From NCBI GenBank assembly GCA_035294265.1, contig DATGLK010000095.1:64326-128325 (forward strand): DNA of 64,000 nucleotides. Reading direction: 5' to 3'. This document shows positions 10,014-20,702 of the stretch, one piece after another (position 1 is the first letter of the stretch; each line of letters begins with the position of its first letter). A program made the translations under genes and the position numbers. The notes beneath the pieces were generated by a model. It was not told where the DNA came from and searched no databases. It was given only the letters and a program-made list of their open reading frames with translations. This DNA is from Candidatus Binataceae bacterium. Its GTDB lineage: Bacteria > Desulfobacterota > Binatia > Binatales > Binataceae.

Positions 10014-11345
10014 ATGAAAAAGTCCCGCATGGTGGTCGGGGTCGCTGGCACTATCGGCGTCCTGTTGCTGGGCCTGAGTGTGGTCGTCGATAATGCGGCG
10101 ACCCGTGGGTGGTTGGGGTTGCGACGCGCCTACGCCCAGGAGGCGAGCCATGGCAAGAGTGCACATCCCGCCAACGGCGCACCGCGGGCACATCCCGGTG
10201 GGGGCGGCTTGCTTCACCCGCCGGTTCAGGGCGAGAACCAGGTTTATGAGCTATCGCCCAAATTCATCAAAGCTTTTACCACGATGGCGGGCGGTGCGGT
10301 GGCGCCCTGCGCGGCGCTGATGGACCCCTATCCGGAATTCAACGGGATCGCCCTGGATCCTCGCAACGGGATCGCGGTGCTCAGCGACACCAACTTAAAG
10401 AGCGTGCTGGTTTATGACATCAACGTGAAGGCTACGCCGCACAACCTGACGGTGACCCCGGCGCGAACGTGGGTTAGGGGGCCGGCGACTTTCTTGTCCT
10501 TCGCCGCTGGGATCGCGGTCGATCCGGTGCGCCATGAGTTCTACACCACGGAGAACGATATCGGTGACGATGTGGCGGCCTTTTCGTACACCGCCAATGG
10601 CAATTACAAGTCGCGAGTGCTGGCGGTTCCGCACGGCTCCTACGGGATCGCGCTCAGCCAGCGCTACAAGCAGATGGCAGTGGCGATTCAGCATAACGCT
10701 GAGATCATTTTTTACCGTCTGCAGGCGCATGGCGCCGATCGCCCGGTGCGCTCGATTCGCGGTCCGCACACTGACCTGAACGATCCCCACAGCCTGGTAT
10801 GGGACGAAAAGAACAGCGAGATCTTCGTCTCCAACTATGGCAATTCCAATCCTGGCTACTGGGACATGGATTACCGCGACGGCGGCCACTATTACCCGCC
10901 GTCGGTGGCGGTCTTTCGCGACGACGCCGAAGGCGACGCGGTTCCGGTACGCGTCATCCAGGGCTCCAAGACCCGCTTCAACTGGCCCACTGGGATCGCG
11001 GTGGACGACGCCCATAACCTGCTGTTCGTGGCCAACGAAGCGGCCAACCAGATTCTGATCTTCCCGCGCAATGCCCGGGGCAACGTGGCCCCGGTCGGGG
11101 TCCTGGCCGGTCCCCATACTTACATTAGCCATCCGATGGGAGTCGCCTATGACGCCCTGCACGACGAGATCTGGGTGGCTAATTTCGGCCACACGGCGGA
11201 GATTTTTCCGCGCACCGCGCGGGGCGACGTGGCGCCCCGGCGACTTATCCGCAACGCACCCGCGGACGCAATCGCGGCCGGCTTTGGCAATCCGCAGGCG
11301 ATTGCCTACGACTCCAAGCGCGACGAACTGCTGGTACCCAATTGA
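10014..11345 (+). CDS. Beta-propeller repeat protein (NHL/lactonase-like ~45-aa repeats), N-terminal signal/anchor; terminated by in-frame TGA
   Basis: MKKSRMVVGVAGTIGVLLLGL signal; repeated units of form R..GD.AP.R.I.GP.T.L..P.G.A.D....E..VAN....I..F; reading frame continues into next ORF after a single TGA. Confidence 0.55.
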   Translation: MKKSRMVVGVAGTIGVLLLGLSVVVDNAATRGWLGLRRAYAQEASHGKSAHPANGAPRAHPGGGGLLHPPVQGENQVYELSPKFIKAFTTMAGGAVAPCAALMDPYPEFNGIALDPRNGIAVLSDTNLKSVLVYDINVKATPHNLTVTPARTWVRGPATFLSFAAGIAVDPVRHEFYTTENDIGDDVAAFSYTANGNYKSRVLAVPHGSYGIALSQRYKQMAVAIQHNAEIIFYRLQAHGADRPVRSIRGPHTDLNDPHSLVWDEKNSEIFVSNYGNSNPGYWDMDYRDGGHYYPPSVAVFRDDAEGDAVPVRVIQGSKTRFNWPTGIAVDDAHNLLFVANEAANQILIFPRNARGNVAPVGVLAGPHTYISHPMGVAYDALHDEIWVANFGHTAEIFPRTARGDVAPRRLIRNAPADAIAAGFGNPQAIAYDSKRDELLVPN

Positions 11346-11378
11346 GTCAGCGATCCGCGCATTGCGGCATTTGCCAGG

Positions 11379-12236
11379 TTGGCAAGTGGTGACGCGAGCC
11401 CGGACCGAGTGATCGAAGGACAACGGACCAAACTGACGCGAGTCGCCCACGGCATCATCTACGATGAAAAGGATGACCTGATCGTCGCCACCGAACCGCT
11501 GGCGGCCTCGATTGTCTTCCTGCGTGGCGACGCCAACGGCGACCCGGCGCCGGTGCGGGTGATCCAGGGGCCGCATACCCTGATCCACAACCCCTGGCAG
11601 CCGGCCATCGATTATCAGCACAACGAGCTGTACATCGCCGACCTCACGGCCGATCAGGTGCTGGTTTTCCCGCTAGGCGGTAACGGCGACGTGGCTCCGC
11701 TGCGCGTGATCCATGGCGGGCCGGTGTCGGGACTGCGCTTGCCCTCGGGAGTGGCGGTGGACTCTGAACGCAACGTGGTGGTAGTGGCAGGGCGCAATGC
11801 GCATTTCCAGGGCGCACTCTACATTTACGATCGTACCGCGCAGGGCGATGCCAAGCCCAAGGCGGTTATCTCCGGACCCACTACCGGGCTGCTCAGCCTG
11901 TGGCACGTGGCGGCTTACCATGGTCAGATCTATGCCGCGGCCGGCAATTGGTATTACGAGCCGCCCTATGATGCTGGCGGGTTCGAGCCCAGGCCTGGAT
12001 GTACCGGGCCGCCGCTGGCTTGGCAGGGTCCGCTCGGTTTCATCGGGGTGTGGAACGAAACCGACGACGGCGACGTGGCCCCGCATGCGATCATCCGTGG
12101 CGCGGAAACCGATTTGCTCCATCCCAGCGGGGTGGCGCTCGATCCGGCGCATGGCGAGCTGTTCACCACCGACTCGGTGCGCAACGGGACCTTTGCTTAT
12201 CTGGTGCCCGATTTTTTCAAGCACGGCCAGAATTAA
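11379..12236 (+). CDS. Beta-propeller repeat protein, continuation of same repeat series in same frame as 10014..11345
   Basis: Same frame as upstream ORF; repeat pattern continues uninterrupted across the TGA at 11343-11345 (ELLVPN*VSDPRIAAFARLASGDASPDRVIEGQRT...). Confidence 0.5.
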   Translation: MASGDASPDRVIEGQRTKLTRVAHGIIYDEKDDLIVATEPLAASIVFLRGDANGDPAPVRVIQGPHTLIHNPWQPAIDYQHNELYIADLTADQVLVFPLGGNGDVAPLRVIHGGPVSGLRLPSGVAVDSERNVVVVAGRNAHFQGALYIYDRTAQGDAKPKAVISGPTTGLLSLWHVAAYHGQIYAAAGNWYYEPPYDAGGFEPRPGCTGPPLAWQGPLGFIGVWNETDDGDVAPHAIIRGAETDLLHPSGVALDPAHGELFTTDSVRNGTFAYLVPDFFKHGQN

Positions 12237-12306
12237 AAGCCAAGCGCACAGGCCGCTCCGGCGGCCTGTGCGCCCTACCCCAATGGTGCGTTATTCCACC
12301 CGGCGC

Positions 12307-13059
12307 TCACTCAGGTGCGCTTTTGACCTGCTCGAAGGTGGCGTGCCACCAAGCGCGAAACCACGGCGCGCTGTTGCGGTAACCCATGACGCTCCCCGAA
12401 ACTCGCATCATCCCATCTGGGCCCACCGCGCATTGCAAGCGGGCAGCTTCGTTTACGGTAAAGCTGGAATGGGTGAAGAAGTGAATGATGGGATCGTACT
12501 CGTCGAATTGTAGGTAGGCATCCATGGTCGCGTAACTGCGGCCGTCACTGGAGATAAGCTTCATCTGACCGGCGGGATGGGCGATTTGGCTGGACCCCGC
12601 CATTCCAGCTTGAGTAAAGGTCAACTTGAATGGACCGTTGCCTATCCTCCGATAACAGAGCAGGTAGGTTTTGGGAATCCAGGCCCCAATGGGCCAGGCT
12701 CCGATCTGCTCGATCCGATCAAGATAAGAAACTGTGCCACGCCAACAGCCTCGAAACACCGCTGGCAGCACCGGTTGCGCCGGCATTACTTGGGGCAATG
12801 CTTGGGCATTTCCCTGGGGCTGCATCGGCGGCAACTCCTGGGTTGAGTTGCCTTGGGAGTGAAGGGATGGCGGCGCCATCGGGATAGTCTGAACGTTGTT
12901 GCCTTGGGGATTAGGCAGTTTTATTCCGGGCTGCGGGCGGATTGATGGCATGGATTGAGCGGGCAGCTCCAGAGATTGCTGGGCCTGCGCGCTGGCGGTG
13001 AGCGCTACCATTAGCAGCAGCAACTCGCCCCAAAGCGTCGGTCGTAAAAATCGGAGCAT
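12307..13059 (-). CDS. Hypothetical secreted protein with P/Q-rich low-complexity N-terminal region
   Basis: Probable start at internal Met (MLRFLRPTLWGELLLLMVALTASAQA signal peptide); no recognisable domain. Confidence 0.4.
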   Translation of the reverse strand: MLRFLRPTLWGELLLLMVALTASAQAQQSLELPAQSMPSIRPQPGIKLPNPQGNNVQTIPMAPPSLHSQGNSTQELPPMQPQGNAQALPQVMPAQPVLPAVFRGCWRGTVSYLDRIEQIGAWPIGAWIPKTYLLCYRRIGNGPFKLTFTQAGMAGSSQIAHPAGQMKLISSDGRSYATMDAYLQFDEYDPIIHFFTHSSFTVNEAARLQCAVGPDGMMRVSGSVMGYRNSAPWFRAWWHATFEQVKSAPE

Positions 13060-13231
13060 AGTAACGATCTTGTGGGCCCTCGCCGCCTTCAATCAGCCAT
13101 CGCGGCAATCCGATCCCATTTTAGGCTCGTGTTGTGGCAACTTAAACCCATCGCACGGCCCGTAAAGACCGCGGGCGGAGCAGAGCTGGAGGTACCTACG
13201 CTTGAACTGGCCTGCGCCGCTCGAGCGAAGT

Positions 13232-14044
13232 TCAGTCGCCGGGCGCGCCGGGCATTTTGGAATCGCGCGGAAAAAGGCTACTTAGCGCGGGCGGCAATCT
13301 GCGCACCACATCGCGAAACCACGCCGGTCCGCGCGGGTCCGGATAGATGACCTTGTCGTTGGCGGCCCGGTCTGCCACAACTAGGCGCTTGGTAATTGTC
13401 GGTTCGGCGCGCGGATTGAAGAATGCTACCCAGGTCTGATTCAGATCCGGCCACACCAGTTCCTTCATCGTCAGCCCGCTTTCCCCCGCCATCTCCGCCA
13501 TCTTCGCCGGGGTATAAGCGACCGCGCCGGGATAGACCCAGGCTTCGCCCTCATAGTTGTGTTGACCCTTGAAATAGCTGGCGACGAAAATTCCCTCGGG
13601 CTTCAATGCTTGGCGGGCCTGGCTCAGGCTCTTGGTGATTTGGGCCTGCGCAGCGTGAGAAAAAATCGAATGGGCGACAATGAAATCAAAACTCTGATCG
13701 AAGACCGTCAATTCGAACTGATCGTTGTCTGAAAAACGTGGATGGCGCTGGTTAATCCAACGCTTGCCCAGCTCGTAAACGATACCATCCGCGACCAACC
13801 ACGAATTGGGTTCGATCCCGCAGTAGTGGCCAGGCGCGAGATAGGGGATCAGATGCTTGCCCGCCGCTAGCGAGCCGCAGCCCAGGTCCAGAACGTAATG
13901 ATGCGGCGCCAAGCCCAGCAGCTTGAGCAACTCGAACTGGGAACGCCCGATAGGATCGAAATAGTGGGGAATGCCAACCATGTGACGGTGGCGCCGCCAG
14001 CGAAATCCCAGCTTCGTGCGTACCAGTTTGCTTACACGCGACAT
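13232..14044 (-). CDS. Class I SAM-dependent methyltransferase
   Basis: 270 aa; methyltransferase motif I VLDLGCGSLAAG, downstream acidic motif. Confidence 0.65.
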   Translation of the reverse strand: MSRVSKLVRTKLGFRWRRHRHMVGIPHYFDPIGRSQFELLKLLGLAPHHYVLDLGCGSLAAGKHLIPYLAPGHYCGIEPNSWLVADGIVYELGKRWINQRHPRFSDNDQFELTVFDQSFDFIVAHSIFSHAAQAQITKSLSQARQALKPEGIFVASYFKGQHNYEGEAWVYPGAVAYTPAKMAEMAGESGLTMKELVWPDLNQTWVAFFNPRAEPTITKRLVVADRAANDKVIYPDPRGPAWFRDVVRRLPPALSSLFPRDSKMPGAPGD

Positions 14045-14292
14045 CGATCAGTTCCGCCGGTGTGCGTTTGGGCGCTCGGGGTGAGCCTGAGCGCTGGCGT
14101 GCGCTAAATTTTTGACTTTGTAATAGGAGTTCAACTCAACCCTATGAGCATGACGCGCTGGCCGGATTGAGCCAGCAACTGACACACACGTGCAACCCTC
14201 GCCCGGTGTACCGGTACGTTGGCGAAAAAATTGGCGCTCCCCTCAAATTCCAGGACGAAGGAGCCCGGAGAAAAACCTCCGGGCTCGATCCA

Positions 14293-14369
14293 ACCCGATT
14301 TTGGTCGGGGCGAGCCGATTTGAACGGCCGACTCCCTGCGCCCAAGGCAGGTGCGCTACCAGGCTGCGC
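14293..14369 (-). tRNA. tRNA-Pro (anticodon UGG)
   Basis: Reverse complement reads CGGGGCGTGGCGCAGCCTGGTAGCGCACCTGCCTTGGGCGCAGGGAGTCGGCCGTTCAAATCGGCTCGCCCCGACCA: 7-bp acceptor stem, D arm, anticodon stem-loop CUUGGGC with UGG, T arm GGCCG/TTCAAAT/CGGCT, encoded CCA. Confidence 0.8.
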
Positions 14370-14477
14370 CACGCCCCGCGAGGATAAGCGTTAACACACC
14401 GTCGTGACGCTCTCAACCACGCCTGCCGGTTGGTTGCGGAAAGTAAAAAGAAACAAAGCTCCCGTAGCAACAGGACA

Positions 14478-15716
14478 TTAGGGGGTGGCGGCGGTGGTGC
14501 CGATCCCGCCGCCGAAGGCTGCGACCTGGGACTCCCATTGCTGGCCGAAAGCCAGAATCAGGACCTGCTGGTTGACCTGCATGTCCATGGTCAGGCTGCG
14601 CCATTCGCCCCCACCCGCCGCCGCCATCTCCTGGTAGGCATGTTGAGTCTCCAGATAGAACTCCTGCAGGGGCGGGATGGTTTTGGGATAGGTGTGATGG
14701 AGCGAGTAGTACATCTCGCGCTGGAAGCGTTCGTGCTCTTCCACCGTTACATCGACGGTGTTGAAGGTGCCATCCTCGGCGCGAAAGCGGCTGATCAAGT
14801 CCATCACCTTTTCCATGTCTTCGGCGAAGGGAGGCGTATCGCCCACCAGCACGATTACCTTCTTGGCGCGCGGCCGCCAAGCCATCTGCTCCACCGCGGC
14901 GCGGATACCGCCCAGGGTATCCTCCTGCCACTCGCCACCGCCCTGGCTCTCGATCATCCCTAGATAACCGCCCATCACGGCAGGCGAGAGCGTGAAGGGG
15001 TGGACCTCGATAGGTTCGCCACGGCCGCCGAATTCGACCAAGCCCAGCCGGGCGGTGGGAACCAGCCGATGGATTGCCAGCACCAGCTGGTTCATCTTGG
15101 TCTTGACGTCGTCGATCACGTCTCCCATCGAGCCCGTGCCGTCGATTACCAGGCAGACGTCGAGCCCCTGGTGGCGCAGTCTGCCGATGTAGCCGCCGAA
15201 GCTGTTGCCCACCCCTCGGCCGTAGGTCGCGCCGCGGCCAACGCTACCAATCTCCAACGTGGCGCGATCGATGGCGCGCACGTAGTCGGTGGCCAGGTTC
15301 TGGGTACGCATCGCAACCACCGGCGGGCGTGCGATATCCAAGGGCGCGGTTTCGGGGGTGGCAACTTGAGGTGGCGCCGGGGCGGCCAGCGCCGAGCGCG
15401 GGACAAAACCTCCGCCCTCCAAGCGGATAGTCAGCAGGACCGGCGCCGCGTGCTGCTTAATGACGCCCACCAGGATAAGTAGCACCGCCAGGTGCAGGGC
15501 AATCGAAAGTGGAAAGGGGCCACCCAGCAATCGCACCGTGTCCCACAGCCCACGCCGGCCAGGTTCACCTGGCAGCCGCGGCGCGGTACGCCAGCGCCGA
15601 AACTGGCGATGGCCGGCCGCGACCAGCGCCAGTGCGCAGGCCGCGAGCGCGAGAGCTAAAATCAGGGCCGCCCCCAAGGTGTGGTCGGCGGCCAGCTCAC
15701 TCCAGAGTCGATTCAT
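14478..15716 (-). CDS. VWA domain protein with N-terminal TM anchor and Pro-rich linker (TonB-like N-terminus, von Willebrand A C-terminal domain)
   Basis: TM ALILALALAACALALVAAG, Pro-rich APAPPQVATPETAPLDIARPPVV, MIDAS motif DVCLVIDGTGSMGD, then VWA fold. Confidence 0.65.
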   Translation of the reverse strand: MNRLWSELAADHTLGAALILALALAACALALVAAGHRQFRRWRTAPRLPGEPGRRGLWDTVRLLGGPFPLSIALHLAVLLILVGVIKQHAAPVLLTIRLEGGGFVPRSALAAPAPPQVATPETAPLDIARPPVVAMRTQNLATDYVRAIDRATLEIGSVGRGATYGRGVGNSFGGYIGRLRHQGLDVCLVIDGTGSMGDVIDDVKTKMNQLVLAIHRLVPTARLGLVEFGGRGEPIEVHPFTLSPAVMGGYLGMIESQGGGEWQEDTLGGIRAAVEQMAWRPRAKKVIVLVGDTPPFAEDMEKVMDLISRFRAEDGTFNTVDVTVEEHERFQREMYYSLHHTYPKTIPPLQEFYLETQHAYQEMAAAGGGEWRSLTMDMQVNQQVLILAFGQQWESQVAAFGGGIGTTAATP

Positions 15717-15730
15717 GAGGCGCCCCGAGC

Positions 15731-16192
<462 letters not shown>

Positions 16193-16203
16193 TGGTCTTG
16201 CCC

Positions 16204-16662
16204 TCAGCCGCCCGCGCCGCTTTGAATCAGTCCCAGCGAGCGCTCGAACTGGGCCTGAGGAACGCGTTTGGCCGCGATCGCGATTTGCTCGGCGCCGGCG
16301 GCTTGCGCGATACGCATCAAGGTTACCATGTCAGCCAGCAGCACTTGCCGGTCGCCCTGAAAGATCACCACCTTGGGCCTGATATTCGCCAACGCGGAGT
16401 GCAAAGTATCCTGCAGCAAAGCCGCGGGAATATCCTTGGAATTGACGAAGATCTCACGGTTGGCGGTGTAGGTGACGATCACGCCGCGCCGTTCAGGAGC
16501 GGTGTGATCGGCTTGAGGCAGGGAGATTCGGCTTTGGGCTTCGATCGAAACCGAGGCGGTGATCATGAAGATGATCAGCAGGACCAGGAAGATGTCGGTG
16601 AGCGGCGTGATATTGATCTGCCAGAACAGATTACGGCCGCCGCTGGGCGTGCTAATTGCCAC
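16204..16662 (-). CDS. exbD: ExbD/TolR family biopolymer transport protein (second copy)
   Basis: 152 aa; INITPLTDIFLVLLIIFMI signature TM. Confidence 0.75.
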   Translation of the reverse strand: MAISTPSGGRNLFWQINITPLTDIFLVLLIIFMITASVSIEAQSRISLPQADHTAPERRGVIVTYTANREIFVNSKDIPAALLQDTLHSALANIRPKVVIFQGDRQVLLADMVTLMRIAQAAGAEQIAIAAKRVPQAQFERSLGLIQSGAGG

Positions 16663-17293
16663 TGGCTTGGCGTCCTTCTAGGGCGGCGTTGATCAGCCGA
16701 TTGGCCCCCACATGCATCAGGGCGTTGAGATTTTCGATGCGAACCGAAAAATAATTGTAAAAAATTACCGCGATGATGGCCACTGCCAGTCCCAGTGCGG
16801 TCGAGATCAGAGCCTCGGAAATACCGGCGGCGACTACCGAAAAGCCGCCCGTGCCCATGATCGCCATCGATTGAAATGCGCTCAGAATTCCCACCACCGT
16901 GCCGAACAGGCCGATGAAAGGCGCTGAGGCGCCGGAAGTCGCCAGTACCCACACGTAGCGGCGCAGCCCTAGCAATTCCTCAAAGCGCTGCTCTTCATCC
17001 ACTCGCGCCAGCGCCTCGCGGTCGTCGGTGCGAGCGGCCGCGACCAACGCGTGGTAGAGCCGCTCGGCGGGCGAGCGGCGGGAGGCCAGCCGGCGCAAGG
17101 CTTCCTCGAAATTGCCCTCGCGCAGCGGCGTGGCCGTCGCCAGCGCGGTGCGATTGATGCGCCGGCGCAGTCCGGCCAGAGCCCACAGGCGCTCCAAAAT
17201 GACGGTGATACAAATGACGGAAATCGCGATCAGCGGATAGGTCGCGTAGTAACCCTGTTGGATCATGGCGACCAGGCCGTACTGCCCTTGCAT
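16652..17293 (-). CDS. exbB: MotA/TolQ/ExbB proton channel family protein
   Basis: Probable start at internal Met (MQGQYGLVAM...); three TM; conserved C-terminal SAPFIGLFGTVVGI...ALISTALGLAVAI. Confidence 0.75.
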   Translation of the reverse strand: MQGQYGLVAMIQQGYYATYPLIAISVICITVILERLWALAGLRRRINRTALATATPLREGNFEEALRRLASRRSPAERLYHALVAAARTDDREALARVDEEQRFEELLGLRRYVWVLATSGASAPFIGLFGTVVGILSAFQSMAIMGTGGFSVVAAGISEALISTALGLAVAIIAVIFYNYFSVRIENLNALMHVGANRLINAALEGRQASGN

Positions 17294-17418
17294 GGCTATC
17301 CTCTGGCGGGGAGTATTTGGCCGCGCGCAGGCCAATGGCGAGCGCGATCGGCGTAGCGCCTGACTTAATTCAATCAGCAGGTTTGTCAAGAGCAGCCGCG
17401 TGCGATGCCCGGGACCGG

Positions 17419-19821
17419 TTACGAGCGCACTTTAGTCAGACAAAGTTTGTGCTGCAGTGCGTCCCATCGCCCCCTCATTTCTGGGCCGTCCAAGCTGGGA
17501 TGGGCGCTACGAGTGTTGGCCAATTTGCCGCAGGCGGCGGCAATGTTGCCGTCATGGGCGTAGATTAGGGCTAATTGATACTGTGCTTCGTACCACAGGA
17601 CGTCAGATTCCGCGGCGTTGTTTTCCACCGCGCTCCACCGCTCCGCCGCCTCTTTGTAATCGCCCCGCGCCTGCGCCAGACGGGCCAGGCCGGCGTTGGC
17701 GTCGGGCGAAGTGGGAACCGCTTGGACCACGGTGGTGAATATGGCCTGGGCCCGCGCATTATCCCCAAGCTCCATCTCAGCTTCGCCCAGAATCGACAGT
17801 GTGCCGGTCAGATCGCGTGCCGGGATAATGCCGGCGGCTTGGGCGCGAGCGAAGTAGTCGTATAGCAGCACGGTGAGGCGAGCGCTGGCCAACGTCCCGG
17901 CGCGATCGCCACTTGCCCGCCGCGCGGTGGCCTCGTTCCAGCAATCCATCCCGAGTTCCTTTAAGAAATCGGCGCTAGGCTGCGGCCGCGCATCGGAGGA
18001 AAGCAACGGGGCGAGCAGTTGCTGGGCCTGAGCAAACTGCCCCAGGGCCAAAAGCGCGCTCAGGCGCCAGCGAATAGTGTCATCGAAATAACTTTCGAGG
18101 CTGGGATAGTCGCGTTGAAAGCCGTCCAGTAGTTGCGCGATGCGCTGTTGGTTGGGCGGTCTTTGACGGACCAAGAGCGCGGCCAGCATATACGTCGCAC
18201 GCCCGCGCGAATCGACAATGAACTGGCGCTGAGCGGGCAACTGCTGCGCCACCTTGGGCGCCCGCGCGATAACCGCCTCCAACGCGGCGCGAGTGGTTTT
18301 GCTCAGGGCGCTCAGCGAGGGGGAACTGGCTTGCTGCCAGGCCGCGGCGAGCAATTGATAGCGGCACTGAGCCGCGTTGAAGGCAGCGGCAAAATCGTAA
18401 TATTTATCGCCTGTGACTTGATCGTATTGGGCCGCTGCCGCGCCATATTGGCCTTGCTGCTGGAGCAGTTCGGCCAGGCGAAAGCGCGGCTCATAGGCAT
18501 ACTGGCCGTGGGGAAAGCGGGCTAGATAATCGCGGGCCCGCCCGATCCAAAGTTGACGTAGGGCTTGATTTTGCCGGCCGCTTTGCTCCCGGCGCTGGCG
18601 CGCCAGCTTGAAGCGCATGTAGCCGGCCCAGTCAGCCAGCGGCGCCCGGCGCTGCGCGACCAGATTTTGCAACACCGGATCGATTAGGTCGTAACGCCTC
18701 TGAGAGTAATAGATTTCCACCGCATATTTGTAGGCTTGAGGATAACGGCCGCTACGTGCCGCGAGCAGGAAATAATGGGCTGCCGCCATAGCCTGGTGTT
18801 GAGTGTAGAGCACCGAGGCCAGCAGGTAGCTCTCGAACGGATCGCCGCCGCCCAACTCTGCGGTAGGGTTTTGAACATAGCGAATCACGGCAGCCACCGC
18901 TGCAGGCCAAGCTTGTCCCTGGTGTGCAATCTGACGTAACACATCGACCGCTTCGCGGTGGTACTTGGTGCGCTGGAGGGGATTTTGGCTGGCGCTCTCG
19001 GCTTTGAGCAGCTCTTCCAGGCGAAATAGCTGGGAGCCCTCCTGCTGGCCTCCAGCAGCCGCGTTCTGAGCCAAACTAGCGGAAATCGCCGCTGCTTTGT
19101 CCGCCGCCCCCATCGCGGCATAGGTGGTTGCCAAGCCTTGCTGAGCGGCTACATATTGGGCGCTGTGCGGGCCCGCCTTCAGCACCTGGTTGAAGTCGGC
19201 CAAGGCCTTGACATATTGAGCATGATCGAATTGGCCCAAATCGCGCTCGCAAAAGGCTCGTCCCAATAGATTTTCGCGGATCAGGTCGGGATTGAGCAGG
19301 ACCAGCGTGCTTTGCGAGAAGCCAGCGATGGCCTGCTCCAGCATGCGGCGGCGGACTTGGGGCTGGGAGCGGAACAGGACGCTGGCGTGAAAGCGCAGCC
19401 AGGAGAGCGGATAGAGCGTGCGCAGCTCCAGTTGCTCAGGCTGCTCGTAGTCGCACTGGCCGCCGTTGCCGATCGTGGTCAGGCAGGCGTTATGTTTGTC
19501 ACGCCAGGTGCGGTAAAGTTTCTCCAGCATCCCGTCCAGGCGCTGATAAGCCAGTCCAAGTTGTGCGGTGCTGGCGCGCGGATCGGCGGTGTAGTTGGCG
19601 AATTGAGCCTCGTCGCGGTCCAGCTCCTCTGCCATCGCCTCGCCCGCACGCGGATCGTTTAGCGCCGAACCCAGGCGGGTCTCACTGGCGAGCAGCCGCT
19701 GGTTGAATTCCTCCAGCGTCTGCGCGTCTGCCGCGGCTGTTCCCAGCAGCACTGCCAGCAAGCCGGCCGCTGCAAGCAAGCTGCAAAAGCGTGCGCTGAG
19801 ACCGCCACGACGGTGCATCGG
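17419..19821 (-). CDS. TPR repeat-containing secreted protein
   Basis: ~800 aa; signal peptide (LLAAAGLLAVLLGTAAADA) then many degenerate TPR-like helical repeats (AxxYxxLGxAY-type); start chosen at internal Met to avoid overlap with downstream gene. Confidence 0.55.
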   Translation of the reverse strand, partial: PMHRRGGLSARFCSLLAAAGLLAVLLGTAAADAQTLEEFNQRLLASETRLGSALNDPRAGEAMAEELDRDEAQFANYTADPRASTAQLGLAYQRLDGMLEKLYRTWRDKHNACLTTIGNGGQCDYEQPEQLELRTLYPLSWLRFHASVLFRSQPQVRRRMLEQAIAGFSQSTLVLLNPDLIRENLLGRAFCERDLGQFDHAQYVKALADFNQVLKAGPHSAQYVAAQQGLATTYAAMGAADKAAAISASLAQNAAAGGQQEGSQLFRLEELLKAESASQNPLQRTKYHREAVDVLRQIAHQGQAWPAAVAAVIRYVQNPTAELGGGDPFESYLLASVLYTQHQAMAAAHYFLLAARSGRYPQAYKYAVEIYYSQRRYDLIDPVLQNLVAQRRAPLADWAGYMRFKLARQRREQSGRQNQALRQLWIGRARDYLARFPHGQYAYEPRFRLAELLQQQGQYGAAAAQYDQVTGDKYYDFAAAFNAAQCRYQLLAAAWQQASSPSLSALSKTTRAALEAVIARAPKVAQQLPAQRQFIVDSRGRATYMLAALLVRQRPPNQQRIAQLLDGFQRDYPSLESYFDDTIRWRLSALLALGQFAQAQQLLAPLLSSDARPQPSADFLKELGMDCWNEATARRASGDRAGTLASARLTVLLYDYFARAQAAGIIPARDLTGTLSILGEAEMELGDNARAQAIFTTVVQAVPTSPDANAGLARLAQARGDYKEAAERWSAVENNAAESDVLWYEAQYQLALIYAHDGNIAAACGKLANTRSAHPSLDGPEMRGRWDALQHKLCLTKVRS

Positions 19822-19829
19822 AGTCAGCG

Positions 19830-20702
19830 TTACCCCTCGCCGCGCGCCCATTTCGCCTCGAATTCCCACACCTCGGTGAAGCCTATCAAACGGCAAAACT
19901 GCTCGAAGTCGAACAGCTTGAGGCTGGGATCGCGGCTGCTGCCAGTTTCCTTGATGATTCGCAGGGCATGAGCGGTGGCCGCGGCTGCCGCCAAGCCGGC
20001 GGTGGAAGGATAAATCGCGAAGGCGAAGCCCATCTCTTTGAGCACCGCGGCGCTGCGGATTGGCGTTTTGCCGCCGTCGGCCATGTTGACCATCATTGGC
20101 TTGTCGATCGCCTTGCAGGCCTTGACCATCTCGTCGTCGCTGGTGAGCGCCTCTAGAAAGATGATATCTGCCCCGGCGGCGGCGTAAGCCTCGGCCCGGC
20201 GCAAGGAGGCGTCGAAGCCCTCCACTGCGCGCGCGTCGGTGCGGGCGATGATAAGGGTGTTTAAGGCGTCGTGCCGGGCGGCGCAGGCCACCTTAACCTT
20301 TTCCACCATATCGGCCAGCGGGATTACGCGTTTATTAGGGGTATGGCCGCATTTTTTGGGAAATTCCTGATCCTCAATCTGAATGGCCGAGACCCCGGCA
20401 GCTTCGTAGCCGCGCACCGTATGATGAACGTTGAGCAGGCCGCCGTAGCCGGTATCGGCATCGGCGATCACCGCCCCCTTGGAGGTTCGTACCAGAGTCG
20501 CCATCGCCTCCAGCATTTGGGTGTAGCTGGCCAGGCCGGCGTCGGGTAGTCCGTAGAGCGAGGCGGTGAGCCAAAAGCCAGTCCCATACACGATGTCGAA
20601 ACCGATGGCGTTGGCGATTGCCGCGGTGGCCATGTCGTTGATACCAGGGGCGACAAAAAATTCCTTGCGCGCCAGCTTCTCGCGCACCACCGGATTACTC
20701 AT
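19830..20702 (-). CDS. Isocitrate lyase/PEP mutase family protein (2-methylisocitrate lyase-like)
   Basis: 290 aa; family signature IEDQEFPKKCGH (K-K-C-G-H), TIM barrel. Confidence 0.7.
   Translation of the reverse strand: MSNPVVREKLARKEFFVAPGINDMATAAIANAIGFDIVYGTGFWLTASLYGLPDAGLASYTQMLEAMATLVRTSKGAVIADADTGYGGLLNVHHTVRGYEAAGVSAIQIEDQEFPKKCGHTPNKRVIPLADMVEKVKVACAARHDALNTLIIARTDARAVEGFDASLRRAEAYAAAGADIIFLEALTSDDEMVKACKAIDKPMMVNMADGGKTPIRSAAVLKEMGFAFAIYPSTAGLAAAAATAHALRIIKETGSSRDPSLKLFDFEQFCRLIGFTEVWEFEAKWARGEG

Noticed and set aside
11343-11390. Possible selenocysteine insertion (TGA + downstream hairpin with GGU loop)
   Set aside because: Equivalent repeat positions never hold Cys, the protein is not a redox enzyme, and hairpin spacing (~21 nt) differs from the bacterial SECIS optimum; kept only as a low-probability alternative under the split-gene finding
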